Assembly (NCBI GenBank): GCA_030704615.1
Contig: JAKLZA010000030.1
Coordinates: forward strand, 9,001 to 73,000
DNA: 64,000 nucleotides
Reading direction: 5' to 3'
DNA from: Takakia lepidozioides
Lineage: Eukaryota; Plantae; Bryophyta
A model generated the notes under the pieces. The model was not told the DNA's origin and searched no databases. It saw nothing but the letters and a program-made list of their open reading frames with translations. Position 1 is the stretch's first letter; each line of letters opens with the position of its first letter. Below are positions 1 through 12,699 of the stretch, piece after piece. The translations under genes were made by a program, and so were the position numbers.

Positions 1-604
1 CTTGGCTCGCATCACTGAGCCATCTGTAGGGTGATCCGGCTGTAGTCCAATGGCCAACTCACCGTGTCATGCCCCGAGCCTGCTCTGATCCTCCCAAGAT
101 GTCTGTATCTGGAAAGGAAAGGCTCCATATCCGCCTCCATGAGGCCCAAACGTGCAATAGCAGCTCTGCCCAACATCAGTGGCTGAGCTCCCGAGTCCAA
201 CAAGACCCGCAGTGGCCGGTACTTCTTACCTGCCGGTCCACTCAAAATGAAAATGCCATCCTGGTTGTCTAACAAGACAACTCCAGGTGTCACCATGGCG
301 CGCTCAAAGGCTGGCCTAGCTGGCAGCTCCGTCAACCTGACAGCTGCAGCTTGCCATGCGCAGCCGTGGCAATCTTGACCCTCAAATCCGAGGATCCCTC
401 TGCCACTACACCTTCCTACTCCGCAGAAGATGAAGTGACCTCCCCACTCTCACAGAGTGTTGCTGCTAGTCTGAACACTGCAGCTGGTCTTATCCCCGGC
501 GTCGCAATCATGGTTGCTGAGAACAGTGGGGCTTGACACAGAGGTGGCTGCCCCCAACAACACATCGGCTGCACTACCTTAGTAGCAAGTGTCAGTGATG
601 CACG
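1..604 (-). mobile_element. Fragment of a second copy of the DNMT-carrying Ty3/Gypsy family (gag C-terminus/aspartic protease), cut off at 604 by a Tat-like element
   Basis: Near-identical to ~59686-60300. ORF 12..335 has LLDSGAQPLMLG, as does ORF 59744..60226. Confidence 0.9.
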
Positions 605-1441
605 TGTAGGCATTTTTATGGTTCTGTGAGTCTGGGACTTAGACACTTCTATGGGTTCTGAGGGGTACCCTTAATTTTTTGAGATAGACCGTCAGCCATA
701 CACAGCCCATCACAGTCAGTCACAAGCCCGACATAGTCATAGCCCGTCACAGCATACACAGCCAGTCACAGCCCAACACAACCCGATACAGCCGTCACAG
801 TCTGACACAGTCGCACAGTCAGTCACAGCTGTCACAGTCATAGGGAAACGGTTATCATGACAGGGAACGACTGTGGGGAACAACATCTGCCGGGAACATG
901 TAATTCACGGAGGACGGTTAGTGAAGGAAAACGGTTAGAACAGCGCGTAAGGAGATAAAGCGGGCAGCGGAGACGAGAGGGGGGACTTTTTTGGGACGGA
1001 GATCACTCTGGGGGAGGACTGAGATCGAAGGAAGGGAAGCTGGCGAGGAGGAGGAGATACTATAGGACAGAGTTAGTACGAGATGTAGGATTACTTAGAG
1101 GGATAGATTAGAGAAGTTAGGACATCAGCATGTATCCGATTATGATTAATCTGATTCTCATCCGATACAAACACCTTGTGTTGAGAGACTTGTGAAGCTG
1201 TGTATGAATGAAATCAGGGGGGCCCAAAGAAGCAATCTGACGCTTCAAAAGATACTTGGTCAGATAAACAGGGAATATAAACTGATAAGGAATGTAATTG
1301 GAAACCCAACAATGATTCACTAGCTGCAGGTCTGAATGATTGTTTCACGCGGGCTGAATGCTTAGAGATATCTCCAACTCTTCTATCTTGGAGTTTCCCC
1401 CTCGGATAGCGAAGGGATGGGTGAGTAAAAGCCGTGTGACA
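605..1441 (+). repeat. 5' LTR of Tat-like copy 1 (start approximate)
   Basis: Homologous to 14314-15151, 29301-30250 and reverse 5593-6479. Ends ...GTGAGTAAAAGCCGTGTGACA just before the PBS. Confidence 0.85.
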
Positions 1442-1975
1442 TTTGGCGACCATACTGGGGAACTGAGTCATGAACAACCAGATGTGACAGGCATCTGGTG
1501 GGATCATGGTGGTTGGAGGATTAAAGAATTTGATGTGAATCAAATTCCCTGTGGAACGAAGGAAGAAAGATTGTCCAAACAATTCTTTCAAAGGTTCTTG
1601 GAATTGCCAGACGGTTGTAAAGAAAATATTCTTAAGCGAGTGCATGATGCTGATCCGGAATGGGGTCTGGAGAAAGGAGTGATAAAGATTTATCAGGTAG
1701 CCTGTAGAGGAAGAGCACGGTGGTTACCAACATTGGTTTATGTGATAGCCTTGCTATCTATTAAGCGGGTAGAGTTTGAAAGCTGGGAGGAAAGGAAAGT
1801 GAATGTTTACACTCATATGCATGAGGAGCTTGTATTGGTAAAGAATTGGATTCCAAAGGATATCTTGTGGATCAAACTTACACCAAGAACAGCTTTTCAG
1901 ACTTGTTTACCATATGGTTATAGAATTTTGGTTGTTGCCACACTAAAAGAAATGAAAGATATGGAACATGAGTGA
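1358..1975 (+). CDS. Extra ORF / long Gag N-terminal extension of unknown function, running through the LTR end and PBS
   Basis: Highly similar to ORF 30143..30775, with many synonymous differences. Confidence 0.6.
   Translation: MLRDISNSSILEFPPRIAKGWVSKSRVTFGDHTGELSHEQPDVTGIWWDHGGWRIKEFDVNQIPCGTKEERLSKQFFQRFLELPDGCKENILKRVHDADPEWGLEKGVIKIYQVACRGRARWLPTLVYVIALLSIKRVEFESWEERKVNVYTHMHEELVLVKNWIPKDILWIKLTPRTAFQTCLPYGYRILVVATLKEMKDMEHE
1444..1461 (+). promoter_or_regulatory. Primer-binding site, probably tRNA-Arg
   Basis: TGGCGACCATACTGGGGA 2 nt after the LTR, similar to the Tat/Ogre tRNA-Arg PBS TGGCGACTCCACTGGGGA. Identical copy at 30253-30270. Confidence 0.8.
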
Positions 1976-2790
1976 TGAAAGAGAAGCTAGACTCCAAAGA
2001 TATTCAGCAAAAGAGAAAGTTATCTGAAAGCTCATTATCCATACCTGTGGGAGAGAGGAATAGACATTGGGGAATCATTTGGACCTCTCACACCATTGAG
2101 ATCAGGGAGTACATCACCTATACCAGAGGAGCTAGAGTTGGATACCACACCTTCTTTTTCTTTGCAAGAAAGATTAAGGGACTTGGCAGAGGAAGAAGAT
2201 CAACCACGAGGTGAAAGATCTGAGGGTACATCCCTGGATAAAAGATTTGGCAGAAATCTTTGATAAGAGTTGGCATGGAACACCAAGAGCAGGAACTCCA
2301 GTTTCGGGAGCAAAAGATGAGGATACAGAACCAGCGGAGAGTTCAAACTCTCCAACATTATTACAAAATAGTTACATGAGTGAAGAAGAAGAAAACCAAG
2401 GGCAGAACTTGGAAGATGAAAACAGGAAAAAGAAATTTGGAAGATGAGGAATATAAAGAAGTAGACCCAGCAGCTGAGGTTGAGGTTGAGACTACAACCA
2501 GGACATCCCAACCCGTTGGACCTGGATCAAGTGGAGCACTTGGATCACAGGCCAACGAAGTGTCGGCTCAGAGGGATCAGGCGAAAGACCTGGATCTGGC
2601 TCTGGGGGACAGGGAGTGTGGAAAGTAGTGCAACTGAGGCTGGGAATACTGTGAATATAGAAAGGCCAGGAGCAGGAAGGGCTCAGGGGCCAGTAATTGG
2701 TGGAAGAACCACCACAAATACTACAGGTCCACAGGGACCAGCATCAGCCAAAGGGCCAACAACTGTTAGGGGGCGGGTGTAGGGTTGCAG

Positions 2791-4220
2791 ATGGCGTTAC
2801 AACCAATACGGGGCTAAACCACCTTTTCCAATATATTCAGGGAAAGGGGATCCTGATGTACACATTAGCCAATTTGAGCACATGTGTATAGTGAACAATG
2901 AGAATGGCAATGATGCCAAGATGAGACTGTTTCCGTGTTCACTTATAAAGAAAGCCAGTGAATGGTATGCAAGATTCCCTGATAATCATTTCCTAACCTG
3001 GAATGGCTTGAGTACAGCGTTCCGAAATAGGTTCAGGACCAGTAAAACTGAGGATGAAGTGTATGGGAGTTTACAACAGCTGAAGCAGAAGAAGCATGAA
3101 ACTGTTGAAGAGTATATGGAGAAAATGGAGTTGATGATGAAAAAGTTGGCTACTATACCAGCACCAGGATTGCAGAAGGCTTGGTTTGTGAATGGACTAA
3201 GGCCAGAGTTGCAAAAGAAAGTAGACATGTTACCCCACAATACAGTGGAGGAGGCATTTGAAACAGCAAACAGAATTGAGCAGTTGGGAATGCTCAAGAA
3301 GGAGAAAAGAGATGAAGAGGACTCTGAGGATGAGTCAGAAGAAGAAGAGGAGATGGAGCATAAAAAGAAGAGTAAAAAGAAGGAAAAGATGAAGAGGGAA
3401 AATTATGAGAAGAGATTAGAAGAAATCTTGAAAAAGTATGCCACAGAGGCTTGCAACACATTGGAGGAAGGGTGTTTGGTGTGCAAAATGCCAGAATGAA
3501 GGCCACACCACTACTGAATGCCACATGAAGGAGAAACATTGCACTATCTGTAAAATAGATAACCATTCTACTGAGAATTGTTACTACAACAGAAGAACAG
3601 CAGTAAGAGAGCCTAGGCAGGTAAGGGTGCATCAAGTGCAACCCCAGCCAAGAAGAAACAATGATCAAGACCACTATGGTAGGACAGGTGGTTATAACAA
3701 TGGCATGGAAAGGAGAGGTAATCCAAGAGGGAATTACCAGGGACATCCCAGGGGTGGCTATCAGGGTAATCCAAGAGGGAATTACCAGCCAGGGAATCAG
3801 GATTACAGAAATAATCCCAGAACAGACCAAGGGCGAGGACCCAATGGAGAAGAACTGTGTTACTATTGTAATCAGGCAGGACATCGTAAGGCGGCTTGTC
3901 CATTCTGGATCAGACACCAAAATGAGATGAGAGCTCCTGGGAATGAGGGGCCAGTGGCAGCCCACATGGTTAGGCCATGTATTGTACCGGAAGTGAGTAC
4001 AATGATAGTAACAAGAAGCAGAGCCAAATTAGTACCTCCAGTGAAAGATGAAGTTGTTGATAATGAAGATGGCAGTGATGTGCCTGAAGATGATGAGGCT
4101 TGGAGAGATGAGAAAGAACTGCACAAGGAAGTGGCGGATACCATACAGGAAATGCAGAAGAGTACTGATATTCCCATGGTAGACTCCTCAGACTCTGAAA
4201 GGAGAAGAAGAAGTCAGTGA
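2791..4220 (+). pseudogene. gag: Gag (retrotransposon gag domain plus CCHC zinc knuckles), frameshifted
   Basis: KMRLFPCSLIKKASEWY...LKQKKHETVEEY; knuckles CAKCQNEGHTTTEC, CTICKIDNHSTENC, CYYCNQAGHRKAAC. Confidence 0.9.
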
Positions 4221-4248
4221 GGAAGAAGGAAAGAGGGAAGCTGCAGAA

Positions 4249-5592
4249 GTGCAGGGTAAGGAAGGGACATTGGCTGAAGTGATATGCCAGTCCAAAGTGG
4301 AAATTACCATTGGACAGCTATTAGCTGTGGCACCTTATTGTAGACACAGGCTGTATCAAGCAATCAACAGGATTGCCCATTTGACAGAGAACATAGACCT
4401 GAACAGCAAGGTGACAAGTTATAATGTGAGGCCAGAAGGGCAAGAAACAGTCATGGATTTTGATGATTCTATGCCAGTTATCCAGTTGAGAATTGGAAGC
4501 ACAGAGCTGGCAGATGTACTGATAGATGGAGGCTCTGGTGTGAATATCATGACAGACCAATTGAGGCAGAAGCTAGGTCTAAACAACATGAAACCAGCCC
4601 CATTTACAGTAACCATGGCAGACCAAAGGAGTGTACAGCCATTGGGATTGATCAGAGGAGTTAAAATCCAGATTCAAGAGATGATCTTTAAGATCACAGT
4701 AACTGTGTTGAAGATGAATGAAGTCCTGGAAGCTTATTCCTTATTGTTGGGAAGACCATGGCTGAAACAGGCCAAGGTGTCTCATGATTGGAATTCACAG
4801 TTACTGACTGTGTAGGATGGGTTGAACAAGATACAAATCACCAATAAGAAATCTGAAAGACTATCTGCTACAAGAAGACCAAGAGGGGTCAGAGAGTATG
4901 ATTGGAAAGAAGGACTGGATGAGGAACAGGAAGTTACTTTGTTCGCTGCACACCCAGAGTGGGAACAGGTTGCAGAGATGCAATTAGAAGGCCTGAGTTG
5001 TTTAAAAAATATCTACTGTGGGTGCAGTGACAACAACCCCAATTGAGGAGGAAATAAATAGTTACCCACCACATTTTTATGAGGAAAGGGAAGGAGAGAT
5101 TGATATCCTAGAGGAACCAGCCACTGTAAGTCTACAGGATGAAATAGTAACTGGTTGGACAATCACAGCTGATGAGCAGGTGAGGGAAGTGAATGTGGGA
5201 ACTGAGAAGGAACCATCTAGAGCCAAAATTGAAGCAAAGAGTCTGTTCATTAAATACATAGATGTATTTGCTTGGAGCTATGAGGATCTGAAGGGGATAC
5301 CACCTGAGATCTGTCAACATAAGATTGAACTGGAACCAGGATCAATACCAGTTAAACAGGCGAGATACAGGATGAATCCCAACTATGCAGAGAAGGTTGG
5401 AGAAGAGATCAAAAAGTTGGCTGAAGCTAAATTTATATACCCGATAGAGTACACAACTTGGTTGTCACCCATTGTGATAGTCCCCAAGAAAAATGGCAAA
5501 CTAAGAGTTTGTGTGAACTACAAGAAGCTGAATGCTTGTACGAGGAAGGATCTTTTCCTCTACCATTCACAGAAGCAGTATTGGACACTGTG
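4249..5592 (+). pseudogene. pol: pol fragment: aspartic protease and N-terminal RT
   Basis: LIDGGSGVN, LLLGRPWL, DVFAWSYEDLKGI, HKIEL, SPIVIVPKKNGKLRVCVNY. Confidence 0.9.
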
Positions 5593-6479
5593 TGTCGCGC
5601 GGCTTTTACTCACCCATCCCTTCGCTATCCGAGGCGGAAAACTCCAAGATAGAAGAGTTGGAAATCTCTAAGTACTCAGCCCGCTCAGAACAATCAGTCA
5701 TGACCTACAGCTAGTGTATCATGGGGGTGTTTCCTATTTGTTTCCCTTTCCACATTCATGTTAGCTACCTTACCATTGATAATTAAGTATCAGTTTGCTT
5801 CATCAATCTATCGGATTCCTTCAACTCATCCATTCATTCCACAGCTTCACTCAGATCTCTCTACACAGTGTGATTGTATCGTATAAGTATCAGATTATGA
5901 TTTATCAGGTATCAGGCCGAAGCCATTGTGTCTCTAATCTCCTCTACAATATCACTACAGCTCTGCATATAACAAGCATCTACTAATCATCTCTCCTCCT
6001 TCTCCATGCTTGCTTCCGTTCTTCTCTCCACCCGATCCCCTCTCCTCCATGACCAAGAAGTCCTCCCCCTCGAGTGCTTCCAAGAATAATCATCATCCCC
6101 CCTTAGTCCTTGCCTCTCCCTTTATCTTCCTACCCGTGGCTCTAACCGTTTCCCTCACTAACCGTCGTCCGGGAACTATCATGTTCCATTTGCAGGTGTT
6201 GTTCCCCACAGTCGTTCCCTGTCCTGCTCTCTGTTCCTATGGTCGTGACAGCTGTGTCAAGATGTGACCGCGACTGTGACTGTGTTGTGTGGGCTGTGTC
6301 GGCTGTGACGACTGTGACAGGCTGTGTCGGACTGTGACGGGCTATGTTGGGCTGTGTAACCCCCATCTACAGTGCGCTGCTGTCACCCCTAAGGCTCTTG
6401 TTGATCTCAGTCTGTGCAAAAATTAAGGGTACTCCTCAGATCCCATAAAAATGTCTAAGTCCCTGGCAGTCCTCTAACA
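5593..6479 (-). repeat. 3' LTR of Tat-like copy 2
   Basis: Minus strand reads TGTTAGAGG...GCCGCGCGACA, homologous to the other LTR copies. Confidence 0.9.
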
Positions 6480-6481
6480 TT

Positions 6482-6496
6482 ACCCCTTCCCCTCTC
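6482..6496 (-). promoter_or_regulatory. Polypurine tract
   Basis: GAGAGGGGAAGGGGT on the minus strand, immediately upstream of the LTR. Confidence 0.85.
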
Positions 6497-6517
6497 AAAA
6501 AGCCGTGTCCTCACGGT

Positions 6518-9500
6518 TTACTGATTGCGATTAGCAAACCTTTGTGAGTGAGCACCTTTCTGACTTTGAGAGTTTCGTGGCGGACTGTGTGTACGAGCCC
6601 GAGGTCTGTCACTGGTTGACGGAGATGTTTGAACACTACCCGGATAAGTGAGGCCCTCTGGAGGCTGATATCGAGGTAACCTTTCAGGCATAGGAGACCC
6701 CCGTCGCTTCTTTTCTGCCATTTGAATTGCATAGTCTTCTCCCATGTCAAAAGAATCCGCCGTTTGTATCAGAATCCTCATCGCCTCTCAGGTGTTAATT
6801 GTCGAACTTTTTGTGGAATCCTCTGGGGCATACAATGTTGTCCTACCACGTCAGGAAGTTTATATTTTAAAACTTGATGTAAACGCTGAACGGCAAAATT
6901 GGTGAAGACACTGAGCTCCTTGTCTGTCCAGGTGAGTGGGGTACCAATGACTTGTGATTTGTTCAAGTATTTCCATGCCACATGTGCCTTATAGAAAATA
7001 TCATCAATGCCGAATTTCTGTGTTGACAAATTGTTCCAGGCCGACTGAAACCATAAACGAATTTGAGAATCCTTTTGCATCATGACTTTTGCCTCATATA
7101 GGTACATATGAGGTGGCACTGAAGGTAAGACCCAATGATCCCCACTGGAATAACTCAGAAAGCGCGATTGCATCTTTTGCTGCTCAATGTGATAACGTAC
7201 CAGAAAGCAAGCAGCGTAGTATAACCCACATCCCATGACAATACTCGCTACCTCTTTGGTCTTGGTATAAATGAATCCATGTACAACTTGGAAGGCAATT
7301 AATTCCCTCAACATTGTACCTGCCTCATGCCAGTATTGTGCAAAGTGATGATCTTCAATTGGTCGATTGTTCGGAAGAACGTTAGTCCTAGTTGCCACTG
7401 GCAGCCAAATGCGCATGATTTGGTAGTAATGTGCAAATGATTGCGGAGGACTAAATTCTTTCCAAGCCAAATCCAACATGATGGGAATTTGGTTGAAGGG
7501 CAGAATCATAGCCCTATTGTACTCCCTTGCAGCTGGAGTTTTAGGTGGGTTAAAAGCAGCATTGCCCCATACCTCAGACTGTGGTGGCTGTGGTGTAGTT
7601 GTAGTAACAACAGGGTCAGCTATTGGCACAGTGACTTGTTGTGTTGTTGGTGGCACTGGCTCTTGTACCATTGGCATCTCATGCACCTCCTGTGAAGAAG
7701 ACTGAAAAGCTAAAGTTCTCGCTTAAAGAAGCCATTAGCTGTTCATCAGGTACACAGACTCTCTTGTCGATATTTGAAGTGAGGTCCTCCACTTGAGTCT
7801 GCAGGCCGTCTATATCCTCCTGTAACTCCGCTATCCTACTATAGACATTGTCTATAGTAGTTGTGGCAATGTTCTGCACTTGCAGCCTGAGCTCATTCAT
7901 CTCGCTTTGGGTGAGCTTTCGTGGTGCTTTGCCTTCCACTGGCCCTTGTGCTAACCAGACCTGCATAAGGTGGTTATCCACCAAGTTGCTTGTGGTTCCT
8001 CTGAGAGTGTGCTCCTCTCTTTGTTTGTACACAACTAACTGCTGTTGTAAAGCCTCCATGCGCTTCGCATGAGGTTCAACCAAATTTGCATAGGCAGCAG
8101 GCAGATTATTGGCTTCCTTCCAAGCTTTGTTAGCCACAGAGAGTTCATTTCTATTGGCCATGATCGTTTGTTGCAACTCCAGGATGTGCCTCTCTTGGTC
8201 AGCTTCAACCTGCCTGTATTGCTTGAAAGTATCCTCATTGCGACAGATTGTATTCTTCATATCGACAATGAGTTTCATTTGCTCAACATTCTCTGCCTCT
8301 GCCTTCGTACATCTTTCCGCTTGACTGTTTATTTCTATTGTAGATTGGTCAAGCATAGTTGTGAGTGTAGCACATTGGATGGCCATTTTGTCATGCACTG
8401 TCTGCAACTCCGTATGTTGTGCATTTACTTGTTGCAACTTGCTTTCATGCTTCACCTGCATTTGGTATAGCTGTTGCTTATGTGCTTCGTGCAATTGGTC
8501 TTGTGCGAGGCCTGCCTCAATCAATTGTTCTTTGGCCAATTGCAAAGCGCCGCTTCCGTATTCTCCAAGTCTTGTTGCATCTTGATAGTGACCTCTTCAT
8601 CGACCTTGTTTGCACACTTAGTGGCTAGTCGAGCCTCAAACTCCTTCCTGAGTTCCCTCTCAAGGCTTGTCAATTGGGTAATTGGAACATGGGATTTGAC
8701 ATAAGTCCCCAACAAATTAAGTGTCATGCCTATGGAACTCATCAGCATTGCCTGTTGAGGGTCATCATTGTGAGGTTGCTGCTGTTCCTCCTGATCCTCA
8801 ACCGTGTGATGTCTCACGAACCACTCAGGCCATTGTCCCACCGGATTTTCTTCCTGAACCACTTCATCTATCACCGGTGCTGCAGTGTCATGACCTTCTA
8901 CCTGTGGTACCTCCGACACAGGTGTGTGTATTATATGCACCTCAGGATTTCCCTTGGGCAACTGTTGCACCTCTGGAATCTCTGTCTCCTTGACCAGACC
9001 AGAATATTCATAGAGAAGGTCCCCCTTCTCAATTTCTGCCACTATCTGTTCTGTAGTTGGAATATCTAACCTTTTTTTTCCAAATCAATTATTTTTGGTA
9101 GAGCTGCATGGACAACTTGTGACCTTGTGACAAGCCGATCAGCTGGCTGTGATGGTTGTGATACTGAAGTAACTTCCTCCTCTCTCTCTGAAGGTCCTGC
9201 TTCCAGTAATAGCAGTTCTGTGCTGCTGTGCCCCTTCCTGCACATGAGCTTGGGAAACATTATCATGCGGAATCCGTGAAGCCAGTGGATCCGCGACTAC
9301 AGTTTTCCCCGTCTCTGCCTCTTAGTCTCGGGTTGCCCTACTAGTCCACCCTCACTGTGTGAAGAGCCTTGCTCTTCCATTGCAGTGGTTTCTGGCTCAA
9401 ACACTCCCATCTCCTTTCTTTCTTGCGCATCAAGTATGCCAGAATCAAGAATTATTTGAGCAATGATTGGGCCAGACACTATGATAGGAGACTTTGCGGT

Positions 9501-10020
9501 AGTACCTTGTAATCTTTTCATCTCCTCTACCAGTGCGTTGTACATTATGTCCGCCCATTCTACCTCTTCTCCCTCAAGGCTTTGAGTATTTCCTCTGTGA
9601 AGGATCTGCTCAAATACTGTTGGTTTTGTTTCATGGCAAACAGAACGTTCAATACCTGGCCTACCTCCTTTAGCCCTGGGTACACGGCCTTGGTACAAGC
9701 GTAACCCTGAGTTTTAAAGAAACTCCCTTCTTGGAATAAGTCCTCTATTTGCAGTCTTGCCCTGTGCTCCTCCACATGCACTTGACCTGCTGGCAATTGA
9801 AACAATTGCTGTAGGTATAGGGGAGTAATTACTAATTCAACTCCCTTCACCGTTGTTGCTCATGTCCTTGGCTCAAAGTTCTGTAAGAATTGTAACATGT
9901 ACTGTCTATGGTGCAATGTCCAATCTTTGCTTTGCAATCCTTGCAATCTCAGTTCCTTCAGTATCTGTATCGCCTGTGGTGTAGCAATTGTTTGTTTCTG
10001 CAGAATTGTGGTGCTCTTCA
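6518..10020 (-). pseudogene. Long 3' extra ORF(s) of the Tat-like element, probably one or two frameshift-broken proteins with a central coiled coil
   Basis: Abutting or overlapping ORFs 9860..10270, 9560..9850, 9297..9698, 9066..9266, 8521..9042, 7679..8545 (Q/E/L heptad-rich) and 6778..7686, all sense to the element. Confidence 0.6.
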
Positions 10021-10764
10021 CCCTGATTTCCTCCATTCCTCTCACTCTCTTCATTCTAGACCCACAGAAATGTTTTGGCTGTAACAATTGAAGAATTGCC
10101 TGCAGTGCACAAAACATAAACGTATGGTTGCCACAAAAAGCTATGGGTAATTTCTTGTAAGCCTGTGGGGCTTGCAAGCATCGCTCAAGAGAAAAGATCC
10201 GCTCTGTTGTTTCGTCCCTATGCCACTGCGTAAGTAGTATTGCAAGCGTATAGTCTGTTAGTTCCTCCATAGCTTCAAAGCTATTGCATTGATTGTTTGT
10301 CCCTTCGCGACACCCGTTACTTAGAACGACGCCGACTCTTGCCCTAATTTCCCTCCATTTTCTTGATCATTTCTCTGGCTCTATTGGCTGTAACCAATGT
10401 GACTGGATTTTAGATTTAATTTTCTTTAGTGGACTTTCCCTGCTGGATTGTCCACTAGGACCCACATGTGACAAGAATTTCTTTTTTCTGTACTTGCCGT
10501 TTGTTCCGTTCCCTTTTTCCGTATTCATTAATGGGCCCGCCCTTCATCCGAAATGACGCGCTAAGTAGGTATTTTGACGGCCATTCTTGTCTTTTTTCTT
10601 GATGACACCTGTTCTTGCACTTCCTTCTCAGCTGTGTTCGCGCCTGACTTCCACGTGTCTATTTTTAAACTGGTTTCGGTCCTTTCTTCCGTCGGCCCTT
10701 TTCCTGAAGTTATTGTGCGTCCATCTGTCACTGTCACTGATTCTATGGATCGTGTAACCCTAGT

Positions 10765-10975
10765 AGGCTGTGTTGAGTTGTGACAGGCTGTGTCATACTG
10801 TGGTACATTGTGATAGGCTGTGATGCACTGTGGTAAGTTGTGATAGGCTGTGACACGCTGTGGTAGGCTGTGTTGTGCCGTGCTGGGCTGTGATAGACTG
10901 TGTTTCACGTCTGTGATGGGCTTGAGGGGCTGTGATAGACTGTGTCGTCGTGATGGGCTGTGATAGGCTGTGTCA
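10765..10975. repeat. Degenerate GGCTGTG/CACAGCC tandem array
   Basis: Repeated TGTGATAGGCTGTG units. Confidence 0.85.
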
Positions 10976-11159
10976 CGCTTGTTCTGCCCACCCTGGTCAT
11001 ATATGCTCGGCCTAGCGACAAGTGCTCCATACTCCGTTGGTAACACTGGCGCAGCCCGTGACTGCTCTTGCGTTTAACCATGCAAATCATGTTGCAATGG
11101 TTTGTCATGGATACCACTCTATTGTAGTGTGAAAAAAGAAGGGGCGTGAATCCCCTTCT

Positions 11160-12215
11160 GGTTAATCCTAAAATCTGTACTCCTCCTACTCGTCCCTGTT
11201 GAAGTATCAGGGCAAAGGAAAGGAGCGTTCTCTTTTCTGGAGGAAGATGGGATATAACGGTAGTAGACAACTATTTCAAGGAGATCACAAGCGACACCAA
11301 TGACAGCACTTCCATTTATTATGTGAGAGCTCTGTGTGGAGCAAAAGGCACATTTGTCCTGAAAGAAGAATCATTCAATGGTGCTTCCTTGGTGCAAAGA
11401 ATAGGAACCTCCTTTGCCTATGCAGGGAGGGGAGAACATACCGTTTCAACGGACGGGAGATATGACTTTGCTCGAGTGTGGCCTTGGACAGCTACACCAT
11501 TCAACAGGTTCCCAATTCACTTTCTCTATAGTCGAACCGACAGTCCATCATAGCATCATGAACTATTTGAGGATCAACCATTCATTTGAGAAATCACTTA
11601 AAGACTACATGGTTGATTGCAAGGATGATGCCAGTGCAATGGGTAGGGCATGGGAGAAACTTTTCACAGTTCATGTGGCCAAGCTGTTTGACGGGCAAAA
11701 TTGTTGGCCAATATGTGCTGTTTCAAGGATGCAACCCTGCCTCCAAAATTCGCAAGGGACAAGCCAATGATTACCCAGTGAAAGGAGTGTGGAGGGAGTC
11801 ATATAGGATCCACACCATAAGTAAATTTCTTGATGCTGAAGAGAAATCTCGTCCGCCATGCCTCATTTTTGACGACAGATCTGGAGCTGATGTTCTTTTT
11901 GTTGTGAGACTTGGGAATTTGAAGATTCCTGTCTTCTGTCAACTGAAGCTGCGATCTGAGGTGCAGTGGGCTAGAGCAGTGGCAACTACAGATCCGGAAC
12001 AGATGTACAAGAAAAGTTCCGAGTACAAAACGAGGGTGCTTGCCGCATGCAAAGATGGTTGCATCAGCTTGGTAGTTGCCTATCCTGCAAAGAAGCCAGC
12101 TAAACTCCAATCTGAATGCCAAGATAATCGTTTAATTGGCTATATTGGACAGGTAGAAGCGGAGGATTTGTTTGACCGCGTGTTATGTGATTTCTTACGT
12201 TCTATCAAGGAGTGA
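11160..12215 (+). pseudogene. C-terminal part of a Crinkler (CRN)-like protein with a PD-(D/E)xK-type REase domain; 5' part lost
   Basis: Across frameshifts: ASAMGRAWEK...DDRSGADVLFVVR...IPVFCQLKL...AVATTDPEQMY...ISLVVAYP, resembling CR-REase effector C-termini. Confidence 0.55.
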
Positions 12216-12432
12216 TGGGGACAAATTTTGTGATGGCTCATGGAGTATTGAGAAGGTGAGATTCATTGGGATACTGGCTCTATTTTTTTGTGTTTGGTGA
12301 CATTTCTATATTCTCTTGTGCTGTCACACCTTTCCACAAGTATACTACTAAGTTAGACTGCTTCTGTATTCAACCATGGACCAACTTCAAGAACCTGTGA
12401 AAAAGGGACACAAATTAATGACAAGTATGTTT

Positions 12433-12684
12433 TCATGAACCAATCAATGAGTTCATCAGCTTTGTGTTACACTGCATGATACGATGGTGTGACAAGTTTG
12501 CAGGATATTCCAAAATTGGCCGTACTGGAGATACTGGTACCTCCTCCTCCTCGTCTGAGCTGTTGAGATCGACCACAGGTACCGATGGCGTCATAGCTGC
12601 AACAGGTGGCCTCACCGGAGCTGGTACATCCTCGTCCGAGCTGACAAGCTCGATCAGTGGCCTCGTATACTTCATACGAGGCAT
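12433..12684 (-). CDS. Short acidic exon/ORF with two SUMO-interacting-like motifs; possibly a transposon accessory gene fragment
   Basis: LIELVSSDED and VVDLNSSDEEEE; splice acceptor (ATCGCAG|G) just upstream of the ATG. Confidence 0.35.
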   Translation of the reverse strand: MPRMKYTRPLIELVSSDEDVPAPVRPPVAAMTPSVPVVDLNSSDEEEEVPVSPVRPILEYPANLSHHRIMQCNTKLMNSLIGS

Positions 12685-12699
12685 ACTGGCAACCCTGCG

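Larger units (their letters stand above)
605..5592 (+). mobile_element. Ty3/Gypsy (Tat-like, non-chromovirus) LTR retrotransposon copy 1, 3'-truncated within RT
   Basis: 5' LTR, PBS TGGCGACCATACTGGGGA, gag with CCHC knuckles, protease VLIDGGSGVNIM, RT start (WLSPIVIVPKKNGKLRVCVNYKKLN). Confidence 0.9.
5593..11110 (-). mobile_element. 3' part of Tat-like element copy 2 in opposite orientation (extra ORFs, PPT, 3' LTR); upstream boundary approximate
   Basis: Reverse LTR 5593-6479 preceded on the minus strand by purine tract GAGAGGGGAAGGGGT; long minus-strand ORFs upstream; internal CACAG array. Confidence 0.8.
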
